This document shows, piece after piece, positions 10,325 through 20,289 of a stretch of 64,000 nucleotides of DNA. Numbering within the stretch: position 1 is the first letter of the stretch; each line of letters opens with the position of its first letter. Under the pieces are notes generated by a model that saw only the letters and a list, made by a program, of their open reading frames with translations, was not told the DNA's origin and searched no databases. Source of the DNA: Pelodictyon luteolum (GTDB lineage Bacteria; Bacteroidota; Chlorobiia; Chlorobiales; Chlorobiaceae); NCBI GenBank assembly GCA_020721225.1, contig DYNE01000002.1, positions 7,728 to 71,727 on the forward strand, given 5' to 3'. Both the position numbers and the translations under genes were made by a program.

Positions 10325-11201
10325 GGTAACGGAAAAAAGTGTTCAGTTCCCCGATGAACGAGCGCCCGGTATCGAGCCTGACCGTATCGATTTTCATTCG
10401 CAGGAGCCTCTGGCGGAGTTCAGCCGCCTGATGCAGCTGTCCCTCCCGATACTGTTCGAGAGCTTTGCGGCTCCCCGCATCGATGGTCATGCGGCTTCCG
10501 GTTTCAGGGTCCTCGATATCGAGCAGGCCGGTTACGGGAAGCTCCCGGTCGAGCGGGTCGCTGATGTGCATGAGCACGAAGTCGTGACGGGCATTCAGAA
10601 GCTTCATGCCCCGTTCATAATCGGAGTCGATCAAGTCGGTAATCAGAAAAACGATTGCCTGCCGTTTCCGCATATGGCTGACGAACGTGAGAGCCGCGTC
10701 GATGTCGGTCTTTCGGCTTTGGGGCTTCATTCGGAAAAGCTCGTCAAGAATCACGAGCACCTGCTTTCTCCCTTTTCTCGGAGGTATGAAGACCTCAACC
10801 CTGTCGGTAAAAATGAGCAGTCCTACCTTGTCGTTGTTCTGAATGGCACTGAACGCCAGTACGGCGCTGATTTCCGCCGCAAGCTCGCGCTTGCTCCGCT
10901 GACCGCTGCCGAAAAGCATCGACGCTGATCCGTCAACGAGCAGCAGCATGGTGCGTTCCCGTTCTTCGGTGAAAAGCTTCACGTACAGTTCTTGCTTGCG
11001 AGCCGAGGTGTTCCAGTCGATTGTTCGGACATCGTCGCCATACTGGTACTCCCGAACGGTGCTGAATTCAATACCCCGGCCCTTGAAGGATGAGTGGTAC
11101 TCTCCGCTGAAAAGTTCGGATGCAAGACGCCTTGACCGGATTTCGATTCTTCGGATTGTGTCCGGCAGTTCGTTCCGCCGGTTTTCCTCGCTGAGTCTCA
11201 T
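10308..11201 (-). CDS. DUF58 protein (MoxR partner)
   Basis: GRGIEFSTVREYQYGDDVRTIDWNTSAR, VKLFTEERE, VDGSASM. Confidence 0.92.
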   Translation of the reverse strand: MRLSEENRRNELPDTIRRIEIRSRRLASELFSGEYHSSFKGRGIEFSTVREYQYGDDVRTIDWNTSARKQELYVKLFTEERERTMLLLVDGSASMLFGSGQRSKRELAAEISAVLAFSAIQNNDKVGLLIFTDRVEVFIPPRKGRKQVLVILDELFRMKPQSRKTDIDAALTFVSHMRKRQAIVFLITDLIDSDYERGMKLLNARHDFVLMHISDPLDRELPVTGLLDIEDPETGSRMTIDAGSRKALEQYREGQLHQAAELRQRLLRMKIDTVRLDTGRSFIGELNTFFRYRERKY

Positions 11202-11294
11202 CGCTCTCTTTCAACCGTTAAAAGCCGTTGTGCCGGATCTGTTTTCTGCGAAACCCGAAGGATTTCACAGAATGCGAACCGGGCGGTGCCGAAT

Positions 11295-12293
11295 CTACGG
11301 GACCTGGACATGCTGAAGGATTTCGCGGACAAAATCATCCGTCTTTATGTTGTCGGCTTCGGCTTCGTACCCTGGAATGATCCGGTGACGAAGCGTTTCG
11401 TATGCGATAGCCTTGACGTCCTCCGGCGTAATGTATGCCCGATGCTGCAGAAAGGCATGCGCTTTGGCGGCAAGCAGCAGAAAAATCGAAGCCCTCGGCG
11501 AGGCACCGTACTCGATCATGGCCGCGAGCGAAGCGAGTCCGTACCGGTCGGGATTCCTTGTCGCCACGACAAGATCGACTATGTATCGCTGAACCCTCGG
11601 ATCGACATAGATCCGGTCGATAAGCCGGCGAGCCCTGACGATATCCCCGGCCTCCACAACGGCCATGACTTCCGGTATGGTTCCCGATGCCGCGGCCTGC
11701 TGCATGATTTCAAGTTCCTCTTCGTAGGCAGGATAATCGACTATGACTTTCATCATGAACCGGTCGATCTGGGCCTCAGGAAGAAGGTAGGTGCCTTCGT
11801 GCTCGATCGGGTTCTGCGTAGCCAGCACCATGAACGGATCCGGAAGCGAAAAGGTGCTGCTGCCGATGGTGACCTGTTTTTCCTGCATGGCTTCAAGCAG
11901 TGCTGACTGAACTTTTGCCGGAGACCGGTTGATTTCGTCGGCGAGAATGACATTGGCAAACAGCGGCCCCTGACGGGGATGGAACTCCATGTCTTTGGGG
12001 TTGTAGACCATGGTGCCGACAAGATCGGCCGGAAGCATGTCGGGGGTAAACTGAATGCGCTGGAACTGCAGGTTCATCGCAGAGGCAAAGGTTCGGACAA
12101 TAAGGGTTTTTGCAAGTCCGGGCACTCCTTCGAGCAGAATATGACCGTTGGCGAGCAACGCGATGAAAACCCTCCGGATAACCTCTTTCTGGCCGATGAT
12201 CCGCCGTGAAATCTGCTCTTCCGCCCGATCCAGAAAGACCGACGCAACGGCTATCTCCCTGCCAAGTTCCTCAAGTCCTGCTGCCTGCTGCAT
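11295..12293 (-). CDS. moxR: MoxR family AAA+ ATPase
   Basis: LEGVPGLAKT, RIQFTPDMLPAD, ADEINRSPAKVQSALLEAMQE, ATQNPIE. Confidence 0.95.
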   Translation of the reverse strand: MQQAAGLEELGREIAVASVFLDRAEEQISRRIIGQKEVIRRVFIALLANGHILLEGVPGLAKTLIVRTFASAMNLQFQRIQFTPDMLPADLVGTMVYNPKDMEFHPRQGPLFANVILADEINRSPAKVQSALLEAMQEKQVTIGSSTFSLPDPFMVLATQNPIEHEGTYLLPEAQIDRFMMKVIVDYPAYEEELEIMQQAAASGTIPEVMAVVEAGDIVRARRLIDRIYVDPRVQRYIVDLVVATRNPDRYGLASLAAMIEYGASPRASIFLLLAAKAHAFLQHRAYITPEDVKAIAYETLRHRIIPGYEAEADNIKTDDFVREILQHVQVP

Positions 12294-12360
12294 ATATATA
12301 CCCTACCCGTTAAAAGAGTTTATCGTACCGTCAGTGACTGACGCTGCCCGACTCGTGCCG

Positions 12361-12588
12361 TCATGGTTTTCTGTAAAAACTCCTGAAACCGAAAACAAGC
12401 AGCGCGATACCCGCAATCAGGGCCGGCCAGGTGTAGATGTCGGGGATATAGAAGCCGCTGTTGAGAATACCGACATCGGGAGCAAGCAGCAGAATGAGAT
12501 CGGCGCCGAGAAGAATCATGAGCACGCCAGGAAAGCTTACCCTGGCCCCCGGTTTGCTATTGTTTACCGGTTTATTAGCTTTTGCCAT
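12361..12588 (-). CDS. Small membrane protein (2 predicted TM), 75 aa
   Basis: Basic N-terminus plus two hydrophobic segments; co-oriented upstream of moxR. Confidence 0.6.
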   Translation of the reverse strand: MAKANKPVNNSKPGARVSFPGVLMILLGADLILLLAPDVGILNSGFYIPDIYTWPALIAGIALLVFGFRSFYRKP

Positions 12589-12612
12589 ACGTTCCAGTGA
12601 AAATTATAGTCC

Positions 12613-13674
12613 ATGAATATTTTAGGAATAGAAACCAGCTGCGATGAAACATCGGCAGCGGTACTGCTCGACGGCAGAATCGGCTCAAACGTTATCAGTT
12701 CACAGCGCTGTCACACCAGCTTCGGAGGAGTCGTTCCGGAACTTGCATCGAGAGAACACGAACGAACAATCGTGTCCATTGTCAACAGCGCGGTAACTGA
12801 AGCCAATATAACGAAAAATGAACTCGATTGCATAGCCGCCACCTCCGGCCCGGGTCTTATCGGTGCGGTTATGGTAGGACTCTGCTTCGCCGAAGGCATG
12901 GCGTTCGCTCTCGGCATTCCGTTCGTTCCGGTAAACCATATCGAGGCGCATATGTTTTCAGCCTTCATTCCCGAATCGCCGGAACACAAGTCTCCTGAAG
13001 GCCCTTTTATCTCGCTGACCGTATCCGGAGGCCATACGCTTCTTTCGCTTGTCCGCGAGGATCTCTCCTATGACGTGATCGGAAAAACACTCGATGACGC
13101 AGCAGGGGAGGCTTTCGATAAAACCGGCAAGATGCTCGGCCTCGCGTATCCCGCCGGACCGGTTATCGACCGCCTTGCGGCATCGGGGAATCCTCACTTC
13201 CATGCTTTTCCCAGAGCCCTGACGTCGAGCTCGCAAACCAGCAGAAGCTATCGGGGCAACTTCGATTTCAGCTTTTCGGGCCTGAAAACCTCGGTGCAGA
13301 CCTGGCTGCAGAAGCATACGGCAGAGTTCATACAAACCCATCTGCATGATATCGCCGCATCGGTACAATACGCCATCGTAAGCGTTCTGACAGAAAAAGC
13401 CGTTGCGGCTGCGCGGCATTTCCGGACCGACGCTATCTCCGTCGCCGGAGGAGTCAGCGCCAATTCGGCATTGAGAACGGCGATGCAGGAAGCCTGTCGG
13501 CATCACGGTATCCGGTTGTATATACCCGGCACGGTATATTCGACCGACAATGCCGCCATGATAGCCTCGCTTGCCGCTCTCATGCTCTCGAAAGGCACCG
13601 TGCGGAAAAACAATTATGACGTCGCTCCATTCGCAAGCTTTGCCGCAGGAGCGATCAAGGCATCATTGAAATAA
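12613..13674 (+). CDS. tsaD: tRNA N6-threonylcarbamoyladenosine synthase TsaD
   Basis: [62 protein letters not shown]. Confidence 0.97.
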   Translation: MNILGIETSCDETSAAVLLDGRIGSNVISSQRCHTSFGGVVPELASREHERTIVSIVNSAVTEANITKNELDCIAATSGPGLIGAVMVGLCFAEGMAFALGIPFVPVNHIEAHMFSAFIPESPEHKSPEGPFISLTVSGGHTLLSLVREDLSYDVIGKTLDDAAGEAFDKTGKMLGLAYPAGPVIDRLAASGNPHFHAFPRALTSSSQTSRSYRGNFDFSFSGLKTSVQTWLQKHTAEFIQTHLHDIAASVQYAIVSVLTEKAVAAARHFRTDAISVAGGVSANSALRTAMQEACRHHGIRLYIPGTVYSTDNAAMIASLAALMLSKGTVRKNNYDVAPFASFAAGAIKASLK

Positions 13675-13756
13675 TCAGGTTAATACCGTACATTGTGATT
13701 CAATTTAAAAAGAGCGTATCGACACAAACACTCATTCATTATTTATACTCGCTATC

Positions 13757-14113
13757 ATGCACGACTTCATTTTCTCTCTTATGCTTTTCGCTCCTCCTGC
13801 CGGAGGACAGAACCCGAATCCCATCATTCAGCTTGTTCCTCTGGTCCTGATTTTCGTTGTTTTCTACTTCTTCATGATTCGTCCGCAGCAGAAAAAACAG
13901 AAGGAACGGGAAAAGGTTCTCGACAGTCTGAAGAGAGGCGACAGGGTCGTTACCATCGGCGGTATTCATGGTACCGTTGCCGGAATCGATACGGAAAAGA
14001 AAACCGTCCTCGTTCAGGTCGGCGATAATGTGAAAATGAAGTTCGACCGTACTGCAGTCGCCAACATCGACAAACAGGAATCAGGAGATAAACTTACCAC
14101 TACGAAGGAATAA
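13757..14113 (+). CDS. yajC: Preprotein translocase subunit YajC
   Basis: FYFFMIRPQQKKQKE, LKRGDRVVTIGGIHGTV. Confidence 0.95.
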   Translation: MHDFIFSLMLFAPPAGGQNPNPIIQLVPLVLIFVVFYFFMIRPQQKKQKEREKVLDSLKRGDRVVTIGGIHGTVAGIDTEKKTVLVQVGDNVKMKFDRTAVANIDKQESGDKLTTTKE

Positions 14114-14122
14114 GAAACGATA

Positions 14123-15232
14123 ATGCAAGAGACTCCAGCTCTATTGGTTTTAGAAAACGGATCTGTTTACAGGGGAACAGCATTCGGTTATATCGGCGAA
14201 GCGAAAGGTGAGGTGGTGTTCAATACATCGCTCACCGGGTATCAGGAAATTCTCACCGATCCGTCGTATGCCGGACAGATGGTGGCAATGACCTATCCGC
14301 TGATCGGCAATTATGGTGTTACCCCTGATGACAATGAATCCTCAAAAGTATGGGCTTCCGCTTTTATCGTACGGGAAGTCTCCCATATTCACAGCAACTT
14401 CGAAGCATCGGGCAGTCTGGAAGATTACCTTAAAGCAGCGAAAGTGATGGGGCTTGCCGGCATCGACACCCGCAAACTTGTGCGTGAAATACGTGAAAAA
14501 GGGGCAATGCGAGGGATCATTTCCGCCATTGACCTGAACGAAGGGAGCCTGAGGGAAAAAGCGCTCTCGATACCTGAAATGACCGGTCAGGATCTGGTGA
14601 AAACCGTTACCGCCGAAAAAAACTATGTTCTTGAAAAAGCGGATGCCCGCTACCATGTGGCCGCATTCGACTACGGCATCAAAAGCAACATTCTGAGAAT
14701 TCTTCAGAACTGCGGATGCAGGGTAACCGTCCTGAATGCCGCAACGCCGGTCGAAGAGGTCATCGAACTGAACCCTGACGGAGTTTTTCTCTCGAACGGA
14801 CCGGGCGATCCGGCAGCTGTAGGATATGCCATCGACACCATCAGGGCGCTTGCCGAATACAACCGCTCGACCAGACCGCTGCCGGTGTTCGGCATCTGTC
14901 TCGGCCATCAGCTGCTCTCGCTGGCTTTGGGGGCAGAGACCTATAAACTGAAGTTCGGTCATCACGGCAGCAACCATCCGGTAAAAAACCTCGACAGCAA
15001 CAAGATCGAAATCACATCGCAAAACCACGGGTTTGCGGTTAAAATGGATTCGCTGCCTGAGGATCTTGAAATGACTCACCTGAATCTTTACGATCAGACG
15101 GTCGAGGGCGTCAGACACCGCTCTCTGCCCTGTTTCTCGGTTCAGTACCACCCGGAAGCGGCTCCGGGACCGCACGACTCGCACTACCTGTTCGATCTGT
15201 TCACCGACATGATGGACCGTGCGAAAAATTGA
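14123..15232 (+). CDS. carA: Carbamoyl-phosphate synthase small subunit
   Basis: [47 protein letters not shown]. Confidence 0.97.
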   Translation: MQETPALLVLENGSVYRGTAFGYIGEAKGEVVFNTSLTGYQEILTDPSYAGQMVAMTYPLIGNYGVTPDDNESSKVWASAFIVREVSHIHSNFEASGSLEDYLKAAKVMGLAGIDTRKLVREIREKGAMRGIISAIDLNEGSLREKALSIPEMTGQDLVKTVTAEKNYVLEKADARYHVAAFDYGIKSNILRILQNCGCRVTVLNAATPVEEVIELNPDGVFLSNGPGDPAAVGYAIDTIRALAEYNRSTRPLPVFGICLGHQLLSLALGAETYKLKFGHHGSNHPVKNLDSNKIEITSQNHGFAVKMDSLPEDLEMTHLNLYDQTVEGVRHRSLPCFSVQYHPEAAPGPHDSHYLFDLFTDMMDRAKN

Positions 15233-15275
15233 CCTCAGGCAAGAGCTTTAACCATACAAAACCTTTTCTGAAGAG

Positions 15276-16415
15276 ATGAAAAAAAGACTATTCACTCCAG
15301 GCCCTACACCTGTGCCGGAAAATGTCATGCTGCGCATGGCCGCACCCATTATCCATCACAGGAATCCCGAGTTCATGGAAATCCTTACCCGTGTACACGA
15401 GGATCTCAAGTATCTTTTCAGAACGACGCAGCCGGTAGTTGTGCTCAGTTGTTCGGGTACCGGAGGTATGGAAGCGTCTGTTGCAAGTCTTTTCAAATCA
15501 GGCGAAAAAGTCATAACCGTCAATGCCGGTAAATTCGGCGAACGGTGGGGCCAGCTGGTAAGGATTTTTACCGGCAACTGTGTTGAAGAAAAAGTACAGT
15601 GGGGAACCGCCATACAGCCCGAACGCATGGCCGAACTCCTGAAAGAGCACCCCGACGCAAAGGGTGTATGCCTTACCCATTCAGAAACCTCTACCGGCAC
15701 CGCTGCCGACATCAAGGCCCTCTGCGCGCTTATCCGTGAAAAATCCGACGCTCTCATACTCGTTGACGGCATCACCGCTATCGGTGCTCACGAATTCCAT
15801 TTTGACGACTGGGGTGCAGATATCTGCATCACCGGTTCGCAGAAAGGGCTCATGATGCCTCCGGGACTCGCTCTCGTAGCGATTTCAGAAAGAGCGCAGG
15901 ATATCATCAATGCGCACACCCATACGCAGCAGTTTTATCTGAGCCTGAAAAAAGCCCTGAAAGCGCACTCGGCAGAAGACACGCCGTTCACTCCGGCAGT
16001 TTCTCTGGTCATCGGACTCGATGAAGCGCTGCAGATGATCAAGGCGGAAGGCATTGAAAATATCTGGAAACGTCATGAAAGCCTTGCCGCCGCCTGCCGG
16101 CAGGGGTGCAGCGCTCTCGGCATGAAACTTTTCAGCAACTCTCCCTCTTTTGCGGTCACGCCGGTCTGGCTCCCTGAAGGCGTTGACTGGTCGGCATTCA
16201 ACAAGGCGCTGAAAAACAAGAACGGCATTACGGTCGCTGCTGGTCAGGACGAGTACAAGGGCAAAATTTTCCGCGTCTCCCACCTCGGCTACTATGACGA
16301 ACTCGACATGCTGACCGTAATCGGCGGCCTTGAACGCGCATTGAAAGATATCAACTTCGATTTTGAAATCGGAGCCGGTGTCAGCGCGGTACAAAAAGCT
16401 TTTCTGGGCAATTGA
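15276..16415 (+). CDS. Class V PLP aminotransferase (serine/alanine-glyoxylate aminotransferase family)
   Basis: LFTPGPTPVP, HSETSTG, VDGITA, GSQKGLMMPPG (PLP Lys), FRVSHLG. Confidence 0.9.
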   Translation: MKKRLFTPGPTPVPENVMLRMAAPIIHHRNPEFMEILTRVHEDLKYLFRTTQPVVVLSCSGTGGMEASVASLFKSGEKVITVNAGKFGERWGQLVRIFTGNCVEEKVQWGTAIQPERMAELLKEHPDAKGVCLTHSETSTGTAADIKALCALIREKSDALILVDGITAIGAHEFHFDDWGADICITGSQKGLMMPPGLALVAISERAQDIINAHTHTQQFYLSLKKALKAHSAEDTPFTPAVSLVIGLDEALQMIKAEGIENIWKRHESLAAACRQGCSALGMKLFSNSPSFAVTPVWLPEGVDWSAFNKALKNKNGITVAAGQDEYKGKIFRVSHLGYYDELDMLTVIGGLERALKDINFDFEIGAGVSAVQKAFLGN

Positions 16416-16441
16416 CCGCACCCGAAAAACAACAGGTATGC

Positions 16442-16480
16442 AAAAAAGCCGACCGTAATCGTTACGGTGCGGCTTTTTTT
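16442..16480 (+). terminator. Intrinsic terminator, possibly bidirectional
   Basis: aaaaaagccgaccgtaa-tcg-ttacggtgcggcttttttt. Confidence 0.8.
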
Positions 16481-16557
16481 GCTTTTGAACACCGGATAAG
16501 CCATTCTTTTTCCGTCTTTGGGTTTCGCGCTCTATCTTGCAGAAAAGAGCTCCTGAT

Positions 16558-17229
16558 ATGATGAAACCGCTCTCTCTTTTACTGCTGCTCACCGCATCCC
16601 TCTCTCTTCCGGAAGAGTTCCGGCAGTACCGCATGGTGCAGAAAGCTAACCATCACTACCTCTCCGGCGAGTATCACGAAGCGGAACGGCTTTACAGAAA
16701 CCTGCTGGCCGACGACCCCGACGGAAAATTGAAAACCGCGATCCGCTTCAATCTTGCCGGCACCCTTGCCCTGCAGCGGAAGTATGCCGATGCCCGTAGC
16801 CTCTACCGCAGCATCCCGGCAGGCAGGGAGGGAAAAAAACTCCGTAACCCGATCGACTACAATGAGGGCTCCTGTTTTGCACGGGAAGCTCTTGCCGCTG
16901 AAAAACCGGGCCGGAAAGCGGAGTTGCTCGGGCAGGCTCTCCGCCGTTATACCGCAGTTCTCTCCCGCGATCCCGCAGACACCGATGCCCGAATCAACTA
17001 TGAAATCGTCTATAGGATGGTGCAGAAACAGAACGCATCATCTTCTTCGAAGTCCGGTGGTCGGGGTGAAAACGGGAATCAGGATCCAGCTCCAGCGGGC
17101 AACCAGAGCATGAAGTCGGCTGAGCGAATTCTGGAAAACGCACAGCTGCAGGAAAACGAGGTCATGCGCAGAATCCCGCAAATCCATGACTCGGGCGCAG
17201 CATCGGCAAAAAACGTCAAGGACTGGTAG
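16558..17229 (+). CDS. batC: TPR protein, BatC-like
   Basis: Signal peptide, ANHHYLSGEY.EA..Y, FNLAGTLALQ.KY, YNEG, ARINYE, low-complexity linker, KDW C-terminus. Confidence 0.7.
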   Translation: MMKPLSLLLLLTASLSLPEEFRQYRMVQKANHHYLSGEYHEAERLYRNLLADDPDGKLKTAIRFNLAGTLALQRKYADARSLYRSIPAGREGKKLRNPIDYNEGSCFAREALAAEKPGRKAELLGQALRRYTAVLSRDPADTDARINYEIVYRMVQKQNASSSSKSGGRGENGNQDPAPAGNQSMKSAERILENAQLQENEVMRRIPQIHDSGAASAKNVKDW

Positions 17230-17235
17230 CGAACC

Positions 17236-18651
17236 ATGAACGGTCAAAAAAAAGTTCTGCTGGTTTTTCTCCCCTCCGAAAGTGGCGTCGATGGGGCGCG
17301 CTCCCTCTACACCGAACAGGAAAAAAGCCGGCTTACGCAGTGGGTCAACCACTCCGTAAGAAAGCTGATCAAGCAGACCCAGTTTGCGATTCCTCCGCTG
17401 TCGCTCATGATCCTCAGCTCGATCGGTGTGCCGGGAGTCGAGCAGCAGATCTGCGATATGCGGTTCGAGGATTTTCCGGAAGGAACGCACTGGGACCTGG
17501 TAGGCATAAGCGTACAGACCGGTATGGCAAAAAAGGCGTTCGAACTTGCCGACAGGCTTCGGCGAAACAACCTGACGGTCGCGCTCGGCGGCGCCCATGT
17601 AACCCTCTTTCCCGATTCCTGCCGCCCTCATGCCGACCTGCTGGTACACGGAGAAGCCGATGATCTCTGGAAAGAGGTGCTCGAAGATCTCAAGGCGGAC
17701 GTTCTGAAACCGGATTACAGCGCAGAACGGTTTCCCGACCTTGAACTGTCTCGTCCCGTGATCAAGGACGCGCTGATAAAAAGCCGCTATTTCACCACAA
17801 ACCTTATTCAGACCGGCCGGGGCTGCCCCTATAACTGCGACTTCTGCAATGTCCACGTCCTGAACGGACGCTCGCTGCGCAGAAGAAAAATCGGCGATAT
17901 CGTCGAAGAGGTCGCCCGTTTTCAGCAGCACGACAGGCGTATTTTCTTTTTTGTCGATGACTCCATCAATGGCGATCCCGCTTACGCCGAAGAACTTTTC
18001 CGGAGACTCATCCCCTACCGCATCAGCTGGTTCGGACAGGCGACCACGGCACTTGGCCGGCAGCCGCGGCTGCTTGAATCGTTCGCGCGTTCGGGATGCC
18101 GGGCACTGCTTGTCGGCATCGAAAGCGTCGAAGCGGAAAGCCGCAATGCCCACAGGAAAACCCAGAACAAAGCCGAGGAACTTGTTGATGCCATCAAGAA
18201 CATTCGAAGCGCGGGCATTAGCCTCTACGGCAGCTTTATCTACGGCCTCGACGGCGATACCCTCGATACTCCGGCAGCAATTCTCGACTTCATCAGGGAG
18301 ACGAAGCTCGATGTTCCCGGTATCAATATTCTCAGGCCCATTCCCGGCACGAGGGTTTTCGAGCGGCTCAAAGAGGAGGGGCGGCTGCTCTTCGATCCGA
18401 GCGACATCACCGCCTTTCGCTATACGTTCGGTCAGGAGATGCTCTACCTGCCGAAAAACATTCCGCTTGACGCTTTTGTGGAAAGTTACTCGGAACTGAC
18501 CAGGGAGGTGTTCAGCATGGCAAACTCCATCAAAAGAGGGCTTGCCGCGCCAAGCGCCAAAACCGCAGTACTTTTTTTCAATCTCTTCTATACCCATCTC
18601 TACGGACTCTCGCGCAGCGACCTCCGAAAACAGCTTGTCGTTCTGTCGTAA
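17236..18651 (+). CDS. B12-binding (class B) radical SAM protein, BchE/P-methylase-like family
   Basis: PPLSL, VALGGAHVT (cobalamin domain), GRGCPYNCDFC (CxxxCxxC), FFFVDDS, VGIES. Confidence 0.88.
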   Translation: MNGQKKVLLVFLPSESGVDGARSLYTEQEKSRLTQWVNHSVRKLIKQTQFAIPPLSLMILSSIGVPGVEQQICDMRFEDFPEGTHWDLVGISVQTGMAKKAFELADRLRRNNLTVALGGAHVTLFPDSCRPHADLLVHGEADDLWKEVLEDLKADVLKPDYSAERFPDLELSRPVIKDALIKSRYFTTNLIQTGRGCPYNCDFCNVHVLNGRSLRRRKIGDIVEEVARFQQHDRRIFFFVDDSINGDPAYAEELFRRLIPYRISWFGQATTALGRQPRLLESFARSGCRALLVGIESVEAESRNAHRKTQNKAEELVDAIKNIRSAGISLYGSFIYGLDGDTLDTPAAILDFIRETKLDVPGINILRPIPGTRVFERLKEEGRLLFDPSDITAFRYTFGQEMLYLPKNIPLDAFVESYSELTREVFSMANSIKRGLAAPSAKTAVLFFNLFYTHLYGLSRSDLRKQLVVLS

Positions 18652-18755
18652 TAAAAAAAACCATTTTGCCTTATGGTAAATTATTCATAAAATTATAGCC
18701 AACTTTTTTTTCAGTACCTGTCACAAACACTTAATTTTATCTAACGGAGAACTCT

Positions 18756-19187
18756 ATGAAACGTTTTTTGCCAGTTTTCGCTGTCGGCATGCTCTGCCTT
18801 GGCGCATGCGGACTTGAAAAGCCACCGGCGAAGCTTGAATTCCCGGAATCAAAAGAAGAAGCCGCAGCTCCGGCCGAAACAGCCGCCCCTGCAGCAGCTC
18901 CTGCTGCGGAAACTCCTGCCGACCCGAAACTTGCCGCTGGTAAAACCGTTTATGAGTCTAAAGGGTGTAACGGCTGCCACGATGCCGGCATGATGGGCGC
19001 TCCGAAACCAGGCGACAAAGCCGCATGGAAAGACCGTATCGCCCAGGGCGTGGACGTCATGACCAAAAAATCCATCGAAGGGTTCACCGGTAAAGGCGGC
19101 ATGATGCCGGCAAAAGGCGGTAACGCCGACCTGACCGACGAAGAAGTCGGCAATGCTGTTGCCTACCTTGCTGAAATTTCCAAATAA
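18756..19187 (+). CDS. Lipoprotein cytochrome c (c5 family, c-556-like)
   Basis: Lipobox LGAC, Ala/Pro/Glu linker, CNGCH, GAPKPGD..W..RIAQG, GMMPAKGG. Confidence 0.9.
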   Translation: MKRFLPVFAVGMLCLGACGLEKPPAKLEFPESKEEAAAPAETAAPAAAPAAETPADPKLAAGKTVYESKGCNGCHDAGMMGAPKPGDKAAWKDRIAQGVDVMTKKSIEGFTGKGGMMPAKGGNADLTDEEVGNAVAYLAEISK

Positions 19188-19219
19188 GCCGGTTCAGGCA
19201 GCGTTTCGGATCCGAGCAG

Positions 19220-19261
19220 AAAAACGGAGCACGTATCACAATCCGATGCTCCGTTTTTTTT
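19220..19261 (+). terminator. Intrinsic terminator between the cytochrome genes
   Basis: aaaaacggagc...gctccgtttttttt. Confidence 0.7.
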
Positions 19262-19411
19262 GCTCACTGTATAACTATATGGGCATAAAAATCCCGCAAC
19301 TATTTGGAATGGCGGATTTTTAATGCTAAAATGTCCAGCTTGAGATTTTTTGCACAACCGGCACACAACCATATCATCAACAATCTTTTAATTCTTGCAA
19401 GGGAGGACTCT

Positions 19412-19735
19412 ATGTCTCGTTTCGTATCTGCTGCTTTCTGCGCACTGTTTATGATCTCTTTCAGCCTGACCGATGCCAACGCCGCTACCGGTAAAGCCGT
19501 TTATGACGCCAACTGCACCGCATGCCACAAGGACGGCATCATGGGCGCGCCGAAAACCGGCAACAAGCCTGCATGGGCTCCGCGTATCGCTCAGGGCATG
19601 ACCGTACTGGTCGACAAATCCATTAAAGGGTATCAGGGCAAGAAAGGGATGATGCCTGCTAAAGGCGGCAACACGAAGCTTTCCAACGCCGACGTCAAAC
19701 TCGCCGTCGAGTACATGGTCAGCCTGAGCAAATAA
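19412..19735 (+). CDS. cycA: Soluble periplasmic cytochrome c-555/c-554
   Basis: SD ggagg before ATG 19412; signal peptide ending ANA; CTACH; GAPKTG..W..RIAQG; GMMPAKGG. Confidence 0.88.
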   Translation: MSRFVSAAFCALFMISFSLTDANAATGKAVYDANCTACHKDGIMGAPKTGNKPAWAPRIAQGMTVLVDKSIKGYQGKKGMMPAKGGNTKLSNADVKLAVEYMVSLSK

Positions 19736-19761
19736 GCCTGCCTGTTTTCATTATCACGATT

Positions 19762-19792
19762 AAAAGGCGGCAGACACCATCTTCCGCCTTTT
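19762..19792 (+). terminator. Intrinsic terminator
   Basis: aaaaggcgg-cagacaccatctt-ccgcctttt. Confidence 0.65.
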
Positions 19793-19919
19793 ATCGTTTA
19801 TTGCCGCCACCCCCTGCTCTGCTGAAAAGAAGCGTTACGGTAACGACAACCGCGCAATGCCCTGATCTCTCCTTTTCGTATATTCACATGCATACATCAA
19901 GCCAAACAACGGAAAACGA

Positions 19920-20180
19920 ATGGAATTCGCATCGAGTGAGGTGCTCGGTTTCACAGCCGGAATCGTTACGACGCTTTCGCTGCTTCCCCAGGCATTGAAA
20001 ATCATGACAACCCGGAGGACCCGGGATATCAGCCTTCTCTGGGCTATCAGTATGAACATCGGCATTCTGCTCTGGCTTTTTTACGGCATCGCTAAAAACG
20101 ACATGCCTATGATAACGGCCAACAGCATCTCTTTTGCCCTGCTTTTTCTTATCCTCATCTTCAAGCTGCGGTTTCGGTAG
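19920..20180 (+). CDS. SemiSWEET/PQ-loop transporter
   Basis: 3 TM, GF.AG..TT...LPQ..K...TR.T.DIS, LWL.YG, ..AN motifs. Confidence 0.85.
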   Translation: MEFASSEVLGFTAGIVTTLSLLPQALKIMTTRRTRDISLLWAISMNIGILLWLFYGIAKNDMPMITANSISFALLFLILIFKLRFR

Positions 20181-20289
20181 AGCGTCCGTTTCAGCTCATG
20201 GAAAAACCGGTGAAAAAGCGTACATATCCTTGTTTCCGATTTACAAACGCCACTGAAGCGCAGCCGGCATCAACTACTCTTATCTATCG

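Noticed and set aside
14123-15232. carA without adjacent carB
   Set aside because: Separated carA/carB is common in many bacteria.
17038-18597. 519-aa minus-strand ORF
   Set aside because: It is the antisense shadow of the radical SAM gene and has no motifs. The same applies to 41914..42993, 31687..32742, 61420..62838, 26408..27346, 14342..15184 and 5477..6310.
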